Below, one piece after another: positions 1 through 12,639 of a stretch of 55,574 bases of DNA. The translations under genes were made by a program, and so were the position numbers. The first letter of the stretch is position 1, and every line of letters starts with the position of its first letter. The notes under the pieces were generated by a model. That model did not search any database. It worked only from the letters and a program-made list of their open reading frames with translations, and had not been told where the DNA came from. Source of the DNA: Gracilinanus agilis (lineage: Eukaryota); contig NC_058131.1 of the NCBI RefSeq assembly GCF_016433145.1, positions 401,709,440 through 401,765,013 on the forward strand, read 5' to 3'.

Positions 1-59
1 AGCTTGCTTTATATGCATTTCTTTATATGTTGTCTCCTCTATTAGATTATAATATCTTG

Positions 60-560
60 AAAGAAGACACTGTCTTTTGCCTTTTTTTAAAATTCAGCAC
101 TTAGAACAGTGCTTGGCATATGGTAGAAGTAGGTAGCTTAATTGAAACATTCTTAGGATCACAGGATCATAGAATCCTCAAGCTGAGAGTTGAGATATCA
201 TCTCCTTCAATCTCTTCTTTTTACAAATAAGAAGATTGAAATCCAGAAAGAATTGACTTGTCCAAAATCATGCAGATAAATAACACAGCTGGGACTCCAC
301 TCTTGGTTCTCTAACTCTATATCCAGGGTTCTTTCCATATAATATACAGTTGTAGAATTACTGATTCAGAGCTGGGAAGGCCTTTAGAGGGTATTCTGGT
401 CCAACTCTTTTTTTAAATTCCTTACCTTCTATTGATTCTAAGGCAGAAATTCAGCAAGGGCCACAGAATTGAGGTTAAATGAATTGCCCAGAGACATATA
501 AGTAGGATGTGTCTGAGGCCAGATTTGAACTGACTCCAAGCCTAGAACTCTATGGTTCAA
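60..560. mobile_element. L2 3'-end fragment plus two MIR/Mar-type SINE fragments
   Basis: cttagaacagtgcttggcata (L2 tail); ttttacaaataagaagattga...gacttgtccaaaatca and gttaaatgaattgcccagag...gtctgaggccagatttgaac (CORE-SINE, minus). Confidence 0.6.
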
Positions 561-1604
561 CTCTTTAGCTTTATTGATGGGGAAACTAACAGCAAAAAAA
601 GTTTCTAGGCAAGAGATCTTGTGTAGAGTTACAGAGGAAGTAGTAGAACTAAGAATCAAACCCAGGATGTTAGATTCTAACTCCCTTCTTTCCATTTTAT
701 ATCAGCCAACTATAATTCAGTGTTTAGGTCAAAAGGCATAAAGGTTTGATGTAACTTCTTTCCAGAAACATCTAGAAAGTCCCATCATTTCATTTTGAGA
801 CTCGTTTTTGTTATTCAACCAGTGAAACTTTGTTCAATGACACCATATTTACAGTGTCTGGGGGAACCTCAGATATATTTAACATGACCAGATAGTTCCT
901 CTCCATTCCTTGGAAGAAAATGAGACCTAGGTGGAAGCAGCTACCTCTTGGAAGTCATCATGGAGTCCACTGAAGCAATGATTTGGCCTAATGAACTACA
1001 AGGACAAATGCAGCTCCTAGAAATCCATGTTAGGTGAACAAACTGAACTATTGCTATAAAATATATCTGGCTTAGTTTGCAATGTCCCACTCTTATGGAG
1101 AGGAAATGGAAGTGCTGGGGAACTGGACCAGTGTCTGCTGGACCTATTAATGCCTAAAGCTTTATTCCTCAGAATTCATTCCCAGGGAGTCATGGATGTG
1201 TAGAAAAAAATTCTATTTAACATGATATCAAGAGATTAGAAAATGGGGGTGGGGATGATGGAGGAAAGATTACCGAGTAATCTTTCTGAAATCCATGTTA
1301 AGCAGCTACCCTGTAATTCAGTGATTAAATTCTAATCTTTCTTATTTGAGTAGTCGAGTGTGTCAGATTGTTTGGAGTCAAAATCTGTTAAAAGTGGACA
1401 ACACCACCATATTCTTTTTTGCTACCTTCATTCCACAAAAAAAAAAAAATCAACCAAACATATACCTATTTATAATGATTTTTTTTAATTTGTAAGAATG
1501 GGTTAAGCCAGGCACCAATATATTATGAACAGTTAGATTATTGTTCCTAATCTATAGGGAATTTTAGTGTTCCTAAGCCATAAGGGAAGGGGAAGGAAGG
1601 CAAA

Positions 1605-1860
1605 GGGAACAAGTATTTATATAACACTTACTACGGGCTAGGCATTCTGCTAAGTGCTTTATATATATATCAACTTGTTATGTCCTCATTAACACTGAAA
1701 GGTAGGTGTAGTTATTATCTCCATTTTATAGTTGAAGAAACTGAGGCAATCAGAAGTTAAATGACTTGCCCAGGGTCACATAGCTAGGAAGTCTCTGAAG
1801 CTGGCTTTGAATTTATGTCTTCCTGACTTCAGACCCTGTATTTTGTCCGCTGCATCACTT
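1605..1860 (-). mobile_element. MIR/Mar-type CORE-SINE
   Basis: ccattttatagttgaagaaactgaggc...gttaaatgacttgcccagggtcacatagct is the reverse-complemented CORE domain. Confidence 0.85.
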
Positions 1861-1869
1861 TGATCCTTC

Positions 1870-2100
1870 ACAAACACATACACACACACACATTTCCATC
1901 TATATATATTTATATAGACACACATGTATATATTTATATATACACACCTATATATATTAATACCTATGTATGTGTATATATCCATTTATGTATGTATGTG
2001 TCTATATAAAATATATATAAATATGATTATATTTATATACCTATTTGTATATATGTGATTATATATAGATATATAATTGTATTATTCATATACATATACT
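1870..2100. repeat. (CA)n/(TA)n degenerate microsatellite
   Basis: Direct inspection. Confidence 0.9.
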
Positions 2101-2680
2101 TTGCCTCCAGAATCAACTGCAAAAATACTGTCTGGCTTTCAAAGTTCTTTATAATTTTGGCTCCCTCCTATTTTTTATATCTTCTTTTACTGTCTTCTTC
2201 AACAGATGTTCTTTGGTTCAGAGATAAATATTCACAATTCATTGATGCACATTTGCAATCAGTATACCCTGATTCAGAACACACACATACCGGTGTCTAC
2301 ATCTATAACTGTATATGTTCATATTTATAGATATATAGCTATAGATATGAGTGTGTATGTGTATATGTGTTGGCCTGAGGCATTTAGAGGCTGAGGGAAA
2401 GGCATTTTTTTTCAAGGGTCAAACAGCTAATAAGCATCAGAGGCAGGATTTGAATTCAGCTAATGATTACTAAACAAATTGAATGATTTCACTTTCACGA
2501 ACCTCTGAAGCTCAAGTGTATTTCAGACCTTAATATAAAAACACAACTTTTAACTTTATTACTAAAGATCTCTTTTCTTTTTTTTAATTGATTAATTAAG
2601 AAATTTTGCCATGGTTACATGATTGATGTTTTGTTTATATAATTTTCATAGGAAAAAGCCAGATAAGGCAATTAACTCAC

Positions 2681-3286
2681 TGTTAAGAGATTTTTTTTTA
2701 TTAAGTTCTCCTTTTTTCTATATAAGAGGAAAAGGAGCAATAAGATTTCTGAGTAAGAGACCCTGAGCTGTGAAGGTTGTCAGTTGATGACTCCCTGCTG
2801 TGCAGGTTGGCAGTTGGTGACAGTTAGAAGGGAGTGGCTGAGTACAGTTAGTAAGTTTCAGACTGCTGGAAGGGGCATTTTTTCTCTGGGTCTCTTGGAA
2901 AAGGAGTGTGTGACTTCTCTCTCTGGTTGGAGACAGAGAAATGGAATTAAGGTCTTAACAGCTTTATTGATTATCAATTAACTTGGGTAGATAGGTAGAT
3001 AGATAGTGGGTATATTATTAGATAGACAGAGTAGAAGAGTAGACTAGGCTTCGGCCTAGCAGAAGACATTGCCCTTGAAGGCAGATAGATTAAGGGTTTT
3101 TAGAAAAATTTTATTCAGGATTGGGATCTTAGGTATAGTTATAAACTATCATAAGATTTCTCTTTTTCTTTCCATTTCCTATCCATATTTTCCTAATAAT
3201 AAACTAAGTGTTTTGTGTTTAAGAAACTGCTCTCCTGACTTTTGTTTTTTGTTTAAACTCTTACCCCAAAAATTTAACCCTTCACA
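2681..3286 (+). mobile_element. Possible solo LTR
   Basis: About 600 nt bounded by TG...CA with a TATA-like element near 2720 and AATAAA near 3200. No clean TSD found and the family is not recognised. Confidence 0.35.
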
Positions 3287-3302
3287 TCATCTACCTTAGA
3301 AA

Positions 3303-3550
3303 TTAAGGCAGTTAGGTAGCATGGTGGCTAGTTTTGGACTCAGAATCAGGAAGATCTCCCATCAAATCCAGCTTTAGATCATTTACTATCGGTGTGACCT
3401 GAGGCAAGTGGTTTAACCTCTCTCAGCCTGATGTGGATAACAATAGCAACAAACTCACTGTGGGGGAGGGGAGGTGTCTGAGGACCAAATAGGATAACAT
3501 ATAATTGCTTTGCAATCTTTTAAGTGGTATATAAGTAACAGTTATTATTA
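3303..3550 (+). mobile_element. MIR-type SINE
   Basis: gtagcatggtggctag...gtgtgacctgaggcaagtggtttaacctctctcagcct, then a MIR-like tail. Confidence 0.75.
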
Positions 3551-4234
3551 TTTTTGTTATTATTACCACAGGAGAACTTTAGAGTTAAAAAAAACTGAAG
3601 AATCATGACCCAAAGGTGTCTGGTGATTACTGAGAAACTGGTCATTGTCTGGTTATGACCTAGTCTACTTTAATGCAAATTAGGAAAATATTCTAGTCAC
3701 ATTAAGTTAGAATAAGGTCTCTCACCAAGAGGACCCAGTCTTGAATCCATTAAGAATTGGTGAAAGGAAAGGCTAGACCTTTGGTTCTCCCATCTCCTGC
3801 CTAGGATCCTGGTGGCAAGCATCAGAGCTGAGGCTCAGAATTTGTTGAAAAGGCTTCTTCTATGCTTAGGCTAAGGAAATTCTCCTCTTTCTGAAATAAA
3901 CTGAAGGTGAGATAACAAAAAAGTAATTAACTTTAACGTTCAATAACTCTCCTTAATTATAAGGGGCTGTTTCCCATAGGTGAGATATCAAACACAGCTT
4001 TCAAAATTTATTTTAAAAATCACAAGCTACTTTCTTTAGGTTCATTTTATCTCCTGGTTTACAGAATCTTGAAGTTATCACATACGTAGAGGAATTCCTT
4101 GACTCCTTTAAAATAGTAAAATTTTACAAAAGTAAAATTAAATTTGACTAGTCTAAAATCTAGAATTTGGCTAGTACTGCTAAATGGGAATAGAAACTGG
4201 ACTTGTGATTTCATTGGCATAAACATTCATGAGG

Positions 4235-4925
4235 AAACTCCATCACTGCAAAGTCAACACCTTTTCTAGGTACATAGAGTACTAAAAACTTAAGTGATTT
4301 GCCCAGGGTCATAATATACCCAAGAAGCATCAGAAGAAGGACTTGAATTCATGTCTTTTTGACTCTCTAGCTCTTAATACTATTGCACAATGGCTCTATA
4401 AATTGCTGCTAAAGAGGAGTATTTTTCATTCTGCCTTAGCTATGGTACATATATGATTCCATTCCTTCAGCTTTATCAGTCTATATGACATTGAACAAAA
4501 TATAGTAAAAAGCAATCTGAATTTCTGCTTATTTTCAGAAATTCAAATTCATTTGCTATAAAAACTCAGTTAAGAGAGATCATCTTTACCATACAAAAGA
4601 GCACTGTCTCTGGATTCAGAGAACCTAGGTTCAAATCCTGCTTCTGATATCTGTGTGGCCTTGGGCAAATCATCTAATCTCTGAGCCTCAGGATCCTGAT
4701 TTGTAAAATGAACAGGTTGGAGTAGATGAGCTCTAAGCTGTGAATCTAATATTCTTTAATATTAACTTTAAAATTTCTGATAATAGTATGATTATGATTT
4801 TTGAATGCACCTCTTACAATTTCATTCAACCAGTACTAATTAAGCATCTACTACTACATGCTCAGTTCAAGGGATTACAAAATCAGAAATGAAATAGTCC
4901 CTGCTCTCAAGGAACTTATATATCT
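4235..4925. mobile_element. Cluster of MIR (-), MIR (+) and L2 3'-end (-) fragments
   Basis: CORE motifs at ~4290-4360 and ~4620-4720; ttcattcaac...taagcatctact...gtccctgctctcaaggaactta (L2 tail, minus). Confidence 0.65.
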
Positions 4926-4994
4926 GCTGGGAAGCTTATGTGCCACCTTTGTAGAATTGTATGGGACATAAGTTGGTGATCCATGAGAGTGATT

Positions 4995-5121
4995 CTCTCT
5001 CTCCCTTCCTCCCTTCCTCCCTCCCTCCCCCCTCTCTCTATCTCTCTCTCTCTCCCTCTTTCTCCTTCTCTCTCTCTTCTCCTTCCTCTCCTTCCTTTCC
5101 TCCCTCTCCCCCCTCTATACA

Positions 5122-5155
<34 letters not shown>

Positions 5156-5165
5156 CACGTGTACA
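4995..5165. repeat. (CT)n/(CCCT)n plus (CA)n microsatellite
   Basis: Direct inspection. Confidence 0.95.
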
Positions 5166-5806
5166 CATATACCTTCCCCAAAAAAGTCTAGTCACTTTGC
5201 CACATATTTATAATTACAAGTTTGGAAAAGTTCTCAAGAACTTTTGAAACATAACATGATCTGTACATGCCAACAATGAACAATTATGGGCTTCATCACT
5301 AGGGCCATTCTAGCCAAGTTCAGATTGTCTCCTGGGTAGAAGAAAAAACTTTATTTGGTCATCATTTGAACTAGAAAATGTTTTTAAAGGTTAGTTATCC
5401 ATCAAATCTCTTAGTAACCAGGAATGGGAATTATACTAATGACTCTGGCTGGAGCCACTAATAGCAGATGAAAACTAGGGAAACCATTGGTTGCTATGGT
5501 GATGGTGGCAGAGATGTGACAGCCCTGTGGGGAAGAGCTGGAGGAAAGGCCACTAAGCTGACAAAAACATCTATTATTCTGATGGAACAATTAAAAAAGA
5601 GCCAGGCCAGAAAAACTTGGTGGTAGCTGTAAATAGGATATGTGGTATTGGAACTTAGTGTAGGGAAAATACAAGGAACTCTAAATTGGTTGGCATTACA
5701 AGAAAAAAAAGAAGAAAGAAGAGTGATACCTATATATGTTGTTGGTCTGGGACCTTATTAACTGTTTGGAAAGGTAGTGGGAACACTCTCAGGCTATTTC
5801 CATATG

Positions 5807-5994
5807 CTTTTTTTTTTTAAACCCTTGTACTTTGGTGTATTTTCTCATAGGTGGAAGATTGGTAAGGGTGGGCAATGGGGGTCAAGTGACTTGCCCAGGG
5901 TCACACAGCTGGGAAGTGGCTGAGGCCGGGTTTGAACCTAGGACCTCCTGTCTCTAGGCCTGACTCTCACTCCACTGAGCTACCCAGCTGCCCT
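5807..5994 (-). mobile_element. SINE1_Mdo-type tRNA-derived SINE
   Basis: Full-length, head gggcagctgggtagctcagtgg on the minus strand; TSD ccatatgctttt on both sides. Confidence 0.92.
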
Positions 5995-6052
5995 CCATAT
6001 GCTTTTAAAAAAGAAGCAAGAGAATATGAAGCATTTTAAAAAATATTTCTCT

Positions 6053-6245
6053 CTGGGGGCAGCTGGGTAGCTCAGTGGATTGAGAGCCAGGCCTAGAGAT
6101 GGGAGGTCCTAGGTTCAAATCTGACCTCAGACACTTCCCAGCTGTGTGACCCTGGGCAAGTCACTTGACTCCCATTGCCTACCCTTACCACTCTTCTGCC
6201 TTGGAGCCACTCCAAGACAGTAGGTAAGGGTTTAAAAAAAAAGGA
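6053..6245 (+). mobile_element. SINE1_Mdo-type SINE
   Basis: ggggcagctgggtagctcagtggattgagagccaggcc...; TSD aaaaaatatttctct at 6038-6052 and 6246-6260. Confidence 0.92.
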
Positions 6246-6701
6246 AAAAAATATTTCTCTATTTTAAAATATAACAGCTTTTAACCAGACTATCAGGTGA
6301 AATGTTAAAACCCGCAATTAAATATAATATGAAAACAGATTCAAGTGGAAGTCCACTAAAATGTAAAAATAAAAATAATTTTAAAAACTATAAAAAAGGC
6401 AGATTCTTAAAGTTGCATGAAATTGGGCTGCAAGAATTTTCAAGGGTGAGGCAAAGGTAATGGGGTGAGTATAGATTTCAAGTTCTATTTTGTTCCTGTG
6501 GGACCACCATAAGGTATATCCTAAAGGAGAAAAGGGAAAGAGACATGGGAGAGAAGGAAAATAAAGAATTCAGCTCTGCCCCAGTCTCAATAAAAGTTCA
6601 GAACCTTTGATCTAGAGGAGAGGAAAACTCTGAAACCTTTCTTTCATAAAAATTCACTGAAAGGAATATTAGGCCAATTTTCAGAATGGTTCCTTGTAGC
6701 T

Positions 6702-6928
6702 CAGTGGTTCTCAGAATATGATCCTGTGATCCCTGGGGATCCCAAGACCTTTTCAGGGTGTCCACAAGGTCAAGACTATTTTCCATAATAAGACTTAAAT
6801 GTTCTTATTTCTAATATGACAGATATCAATAGAAATAATCCACATAAACAAAAGCTCGTGGGTATGGGTTCCCAATAATTTTAAAGAATGTAATGGAGAC
6901 TTAAGACCAGAAGATTTAAGAACCCTTA
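6702..6928 (+). mobile_element. Internally deleted hAT-Charlie-type DNA transposon relic
   Basis: cagtggttctcag...aagaaccctt termini; internal gtccacaaggtcaagactattttccataata and cacataaacaaaagctc resemble Charlie-family non-autonomous elements (from recall). Confidence 0.6.
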
Positions 6929-7119
6929 TTGCACCCCAGCAGCATTGCTCTTTCCTTTTCTCCCTCACCAGAGAACAGTCCTATATAAAAGTGTACAATA
7001 AGAGCCAACATTTACTCAGTTTCTTTCCCCTCCTAGCTGCATTTCTGACTCTCCAGGCTGTATCTGGGTGATGTAGATATCTTATCTCCCCTACTCTTTC
7101 ACATTTTGATTTCCTTTTT

Positions 7120-7250
7120 TCCCCTCTTGGTTTCCATTCTACTAGAACATAAACTCCTTGAACATAGGGACTATCTTTGTTTTTGCTTGTATTTGTATTC
7201 TCACTGTAATTTAGCACAGTGCCTAGTTAAGTGCTTAATAAATACTTTTA
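7120..7250 (+). mobile_element. L2 3'-end fragment
   Basis: actagaacataaactccttgaa...ttagcacagtgcctag...gtgcttaataaata. Confidence 0.75.
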
Positions 7251-8279
7251 GCCTTCCTGTCTTTAATTAGTAGTAGTAGCCCAACATTCTATTCTTTGTT
7301 GCTAAGATCCTTGCCTTTTTTTGGATTCTGAGTGTGGGAAGCTATTATATTGGGCACCAGGGGCACAGTTTGAATATGCCAACTTGTCTGATTTCAGGTA
7401 TCTTTTTGGGCTAGCATTCATAGATTTATTATAATAACACAACTAAGTAGACATTAGGAATATCTCTATACCACCAATTTCTCATTTTACCTCCTTTATT
7501 CTATTATTATTCTATTCTGTTCTATTTTTAAATAAGAATTCTGTTGATTTTTTTCATGCCATCTTTTAAATTAAAAGCCCTGAGTCACTAGCATGGTGTA
7601 ATCTATAATTTTGAATAAAATATCTTAGAGGTTCAAATGTTGAATTCTAAATGGAAAAATTTTCAGCCAAATTATTAGTAGATATCCACCCAATTTATGA
7701 AGAGTTTTGGGCTGTTTGTTGAGTAGAAAATTATGATTACACTATTTATTATAAGCAATAAATATAACCAGCTCTTTACTCTTGCCATTAATTGCATATA
7801 TGATTTGAATATAAATTAAAACTGAATTTGTCTGCTAACAATGTGACCCTGACCAAGTTATTTAATTTCTACGTACCTTTGTTCCTTTTTTTAGAATAAT
7901 AATAATAACTCAAATATGTATCAGTTGCCACAATACAATACAATATCTTACTTTATCCCCAAAACATTATTTATAAGTGTCCTGCCAAGGAACTGAGGGA
8001 AAAGGATACTATTCGATTAAGTTTCCAGTCTGGTCTATCACCTTAGGGCTAGGAGAGTAATAGCATTCATTCTTCTACAATTACTTGTTCCCTCACCTGA
8101 ACTGCCCAAGGCTTTGAAAAGACCCTATCCTGAGGCTAAAATCTTAGAAATTAAATATCTGTCATTATAGATAGAAATTAAAAAATAAATATAAAAATGT
8201 CCTTTAATTACTAGCAAATCCCCATCCCATTCACCATATTGTCCCCATCACAAAGATTCTGAATATAGGTCATGATTAG

Positions 8280-11200
8280 ATCATTGTTCAAAACACCTGT
8301 CAAAACCTGTTATATAGTCCCACTCCCCTCCTCCATGGTCTCACTCCAAAGCAACCTACTCCTTCCACTATACCCTCTGGAATGTCTGCTCTATAGGCAA
8401 CAAACTTGCTTTCATCTTAAATCTCTACCTTTCCCACTCCTTACATCTTTGGCTCTCACTGAGACCTCCAAATGACAGCTTCCCTGATTACTCTTTCCAG
8501 CAATGGGCTGTACTTTGAGTCCTTCCCTCCTCCCTCCTCACTGATCAAGGTAGAAGAAGTGGAATTCTCTTTAATTCCCATTACTACTCTCCTATACCAT
8601 TATTATTCAGAATACTCTCCTTGGTTGAGGTTCAACCTACCACTCAATCAAAATTCTGGTACCTATTGCTACCATCTTCTAGGGCACTCCTCTTCCTTCC
8701 TCAATAAATTCAGTGTTTGACTGACAATCTTTCTTTCCTCCTCAACTCCTGCTCTCATACTAGGGGACTTCAACATACATTTTTTTTTAAAGTTTTTTTT
8801 TTCTTTTTTTTTTTTTAACCCTTGTACTTCGGTGTATTGTCTGATAGGTAGAAGAGTGGTAAGGGTGGGCAATGGGGGTCAAGTGACTTGCCCAGGGTCA
8901 CACAGCTCGGAAGTGGCTGAGGCCGGGTTTGAACCTAGGACCTCCTGTCTCTAGGCCTGACTCTCACTCCACTGAGCTACCCAGTTGCCCGCAACATACA
9001 TTTTTGTATTTCCTCTAACACCCTAACTCTCTGTCTCCTAATATACTCATTTCCCATAACCTATTCCTCAATCCCACCTCAACCACATGCAAAAGACAGT
9101 AATACTCGATTTTGCTATCTATTTCAAATACACCACTTCCATGTTCATGAACCCTGAACTTATTTGATAATAATCTCTTGGCATTCTATCTTTCCCTCTG
9201 CCTTCCAAAACCAAATCTTTGTTTATACCATAACCTCCAATCTCAACCCCTAACTTCTCTCCCAGGCTATCCTCCCTTCATTGGCTACATTCCTTTTTCT
9301 CATCTTGAATTCTTGAAAGTGAACCACTTCAATGTTCTTCTTCTGAATCCTTTGCCTCTTTATCTTATCAAGGATCATTCCCTGCCAAGTCTCTGCCTTG
9401 TATCATCCTCTACCTTTGCTTCTATGCAAAATGAAGAAGAAAAACATGCAATCATACCAACTGGGGCCACTACAAATTTATATTACATAAACTCAATTGT
9501 TGCAAGAAAATACTTTTATATATGCCTAATTGATTCATTATCCCACTCACCATAATAGCTTTTCCAAACCTTTTATCTATTCTCAAATTTCTCCATGGAT
9601 TGTGCTATGCTCATCCTCTCAGGTGAGAATATTTTATTGAAAATTGAGGGCATTCACCAAGAGTTCCCTCTTCTCTCCTGTTTATCATTTCTCATCACTC
9701 AAATGTGTTTTGTCACTATATCCTCCTTCACTCTAATCTCATGTGATCAAGTGATCCTTCTCCTTGCCAAGGCAAAGTGATGCCATTCCATCCTGTCTTT
9801 GCCAAGAAACTGCCTCCTCTATCATCCTCACCCCTTTCGCTTATCTTCTATTTCTCCCTGTCTATTGGCTAGCTTTTGTCTTAATGCCTAAAGGCATTCA
9901 CATCTCTAGCATCTTCAAAATATCCTAACTTGATCCACTCACCTCTGCTGTCTTTCCATATCTCTTCTTCCTTTTGTGACTAAGTTCCTTGAGAAGGCCA
10001 TCTACAATCAGTGCTTCCCTTCCTTTTTTCTCATTCTCTTAACTTTCTATTGTCTGGTTTATGACCTCATCATTCTATTGAAGTTGCTCTTTCTAAAGTT
10101 ACCAATGATTTATTAATTGCCAATTCTAATGGTCCTTCTCATTCCTCATTCTTCTTTACCTCTCTGTATCCTTGATACTGTCAGTCAGTCACCTTTCTTT
10201 GATTATTTCCTCTCTTTGGGTTTTTGGGACACCACTATATTCTCTCCTGTTCCTGACCACTCTTTCTTAGTCTCCTTTGTTGGCTCATTCTCCAGGTCAT
10301 GCTTAATGAGAGGTATCCCATAAGGCTCTTTCTTGGGCTCTCTTCCTTTCTCTTTCTTTACTAATTCACTCGATTATCTCATCAGCTCCCATGGATTCAA
10401 TTATTGTCTCTATACTGATGATTCTCAAATCTACTAATCCATCCCTAACCTCTTCAGTTACCTCCAGGCTTATATTTACAACTGTCTATTCAATACCTTG
10501 AGTTGGATGTCAACATATCCAAAACTCGAACTAATTATTTTTCCCTTTAAACCTTCCCCCTTTCTAAATCTCAGTTATTGTCTAGGACACCACCACCCTC
10601 CCAGTCCCCCAGGCTCACAACCATGGTGTCTTCCTTTCTTCATTCTCTTTCACTCCTCATATCCAATGTGTTGTTGAGCCTATCAATTTTACTTTTGCTA
10701 CATCTCTAAAATATAGTTCCTTCTCTCCTCTGACACTAACACCACTCTAGTGCAGGTCTTCATTATCTCACACCCAGACAATGGTAATAGTCTAATGATT
10801 AGTTTCTCTGCCACAAGTGTCTCCCTACTCCAGTCCTCAACTCAATTGTCAAAGTGAATTTCCTAAAGCCTAGGTCTGACCTCATCATCATTACCAAGCT
10901 TGATAAACTTCTATCACCTCCAGGATCAAATATAAACCCCTCTATTTGACTTTTAAAGTCTTTCATCATAATCTGACCCTTCAACCCCTGCTTCCAGTCT
11001 TCTTATTATGCCTTATATATAGTCTTCAACTCAGTGATATTAACCTCCTTGCTGTTCCTTGAACAGGACACTTCACTTCCCAACTCCAACTGTTTTCATT
11101 GGCTGTTCCCCATACTTTGAATGCTCTCCTCTTTTATCTCCACATTCTGAATTCCTTGGCTTTCTTCAAGTCCTAGCTAAAATTGTACCTTCTAAAAGGA

Positions 11201-11375
11201 GAGCTTTCCCAATTCCTCTTAATTCTGGCACTGTCTCCCTATTGATTTATTTCCTAATTACCTTATTTGTAGTTTGTTTGTACAGAATTGTTGGTACTTG
11301 CCTCCCGCATTAGATTAGGAACTCTTCCATGGCTGGGATTGTCCTTTTTCTTTCTATCCTAAGCACAGGGCCTAG
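8280..11375 (+). mobile_element. Long degenerate L2 LINE (endonuclease and RT remnants, 3' tail)
   Basis: ctcatactaggggacttcaacatacat encodes LILGDFNIH (APE domain). The degenerate G.PQGS.LGPLLF and Y.DDSQIY motifs lie at ~10310-10435. Many stops and frameshifts. Confidence 0.88.
8786..8991 (-). mobile_element. SINE1_Mdo-type SINE nested in L2
   Basis: Full-length, TSD caacatacattttt at 8771 and 8992. Confidence 0.92.
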
Positions 11376-11383
11376 AACCTATT

Positions 11384-11640
11384 GTTTAATTTCACTTCAG
11401 TCATGCCCCACTCTTTGTAACCCCATTTGTTTTTTTTTTTGTTGTTGTTGTTGTTGTTTTTTTTGGCAAAGATACTAGAGTGGTTTGTCATTTCCTTTTC
11501 TAGATCATTTGGCACATGAGGAAACTGAGGCAAACAGGATTAAGTGATTTGCCCAGGGTTACATAGACTACAATTGACATCAGATCTTCTTGACCCCAGG
11601 CCTGCTGCTCTATCTACTGCATCAACCAGTTGCTGGTGCC
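11384..11640 (-). mobile_element. Mar1-type SINE (CORE plus RTE-like tail)
   Basis: ttttggcaaagatactagagtggtttgtcatttcctt followed by the CORE motif gaggaaactgaggcaaacaggattaagtgatttgcccaggg. Confidence 0.8.
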
Positions 11641-11714
11641 TAGAAGTTAGAAGACACTTAACAAATGTTTCTTTATTTTTTACTAAGTAGCTCTGTGATA
11701 TAGGTATTGACTAT

Positions 11715-12428
11715 ATATATATCATGTATTGGTTTCAAGGCAGAAAAGTGGTAAGGGCTAGGTAATGGGGGTCAAGTGGTTTGCCCAGGGTCATGCAGCT
11801 AGGAATTGTCTTGACATTTTCAGATGAATAAACTGAGGTGAAGAGACATTAAGTGATTTGCTAAGGTTGCACAATTAGTAAGGAGCCAAACTGGGACTAA
11901 AGCTCAAATTCTCTCTTTCCAAAATTGAAGTGCTTTAAAAAAAATAACCCATACTCCTTCTAGATAGTATAAATAAGGCAAAAAAATGTAATCTTAACCA
12001 AAACTAACCTTTAAATTTCTAAACAAGCAAATGTGTATTATTCTGGCAAGTAATATTTAAATGAATTTAAGTTTCCTCAACCCCTATAACCATCAAAGAT
12101 GCAAAATTAGTATCTCCTTTTGTAGAATTTTGGAAAAATTATTTTGTCCAGTGAAACAAGGGCATTGCATGGGAAGCCAAAGCACAATATGACTTTCCAG
12201 TAATTCCTACAGATCCAGTTTAAAAACAACAACAACAAACCTTTCCTTCTGTCTTAGAATTAACACTAAATATTTGTTCAAAGGCAGAAGAGTGGTAAGA
12301 GCTAGACAACTGAGGTTAAATGATTTGTCCAAGGCCATTCAGCTAGGAAATATCTGACGCTACATTTGAACCTAGGACTTCCCATCTCTGGGCCTGACTC
12401 TATCCACTGAGCCACTTAGTTGTCCCCA
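11715..12428 (-). mobile_element. Partial SINE1_Mdo, MIR fragment and an older full-length SINE1-like copy (12235-12428)
   Basis: ggcagaaaagtggtaagggctagg...; aggcagaagagtggtaagagctag...ccactgagccacttagttgtcccc. Confidence 0.7.
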
Positions 12429-12639
12429 GATCCAATTTTAAAGGGCTAAAGAAGATTATTCAGTTATGAGCAGCTCTTCAGATAGAATGCTAATCTCTGA
12501 AGATCTCTTATCTATGAACTTTCTTCAGCATTACTCTCATAAGTTATACAAAAAGAAAGAGGAGTGATAGTTCCAGCTTTAGGAGTCAAGAAGGATAGAT
12601 ACCTAAGGGAAAGTGTGCTTGATATAGTTGTGGAAATGC

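Noticed and set aside
4916-5213. Low-complexity ORFs (also 1776-2394 and 14094-14530)
   Set aside because: Translations of microsatellites.
5510-5700. Scattered Pcdh-like words on + (VTA, PLS, EPG, VVAVNR, WLA) suggesting an inverted relic exon
   Set aside because: The order is collinear with EC5-EC6, but the spacings are wrong by tens of nucleotides and no continuous nucleotide alignment is visible. Probably chance; tBLASTN would settle it.
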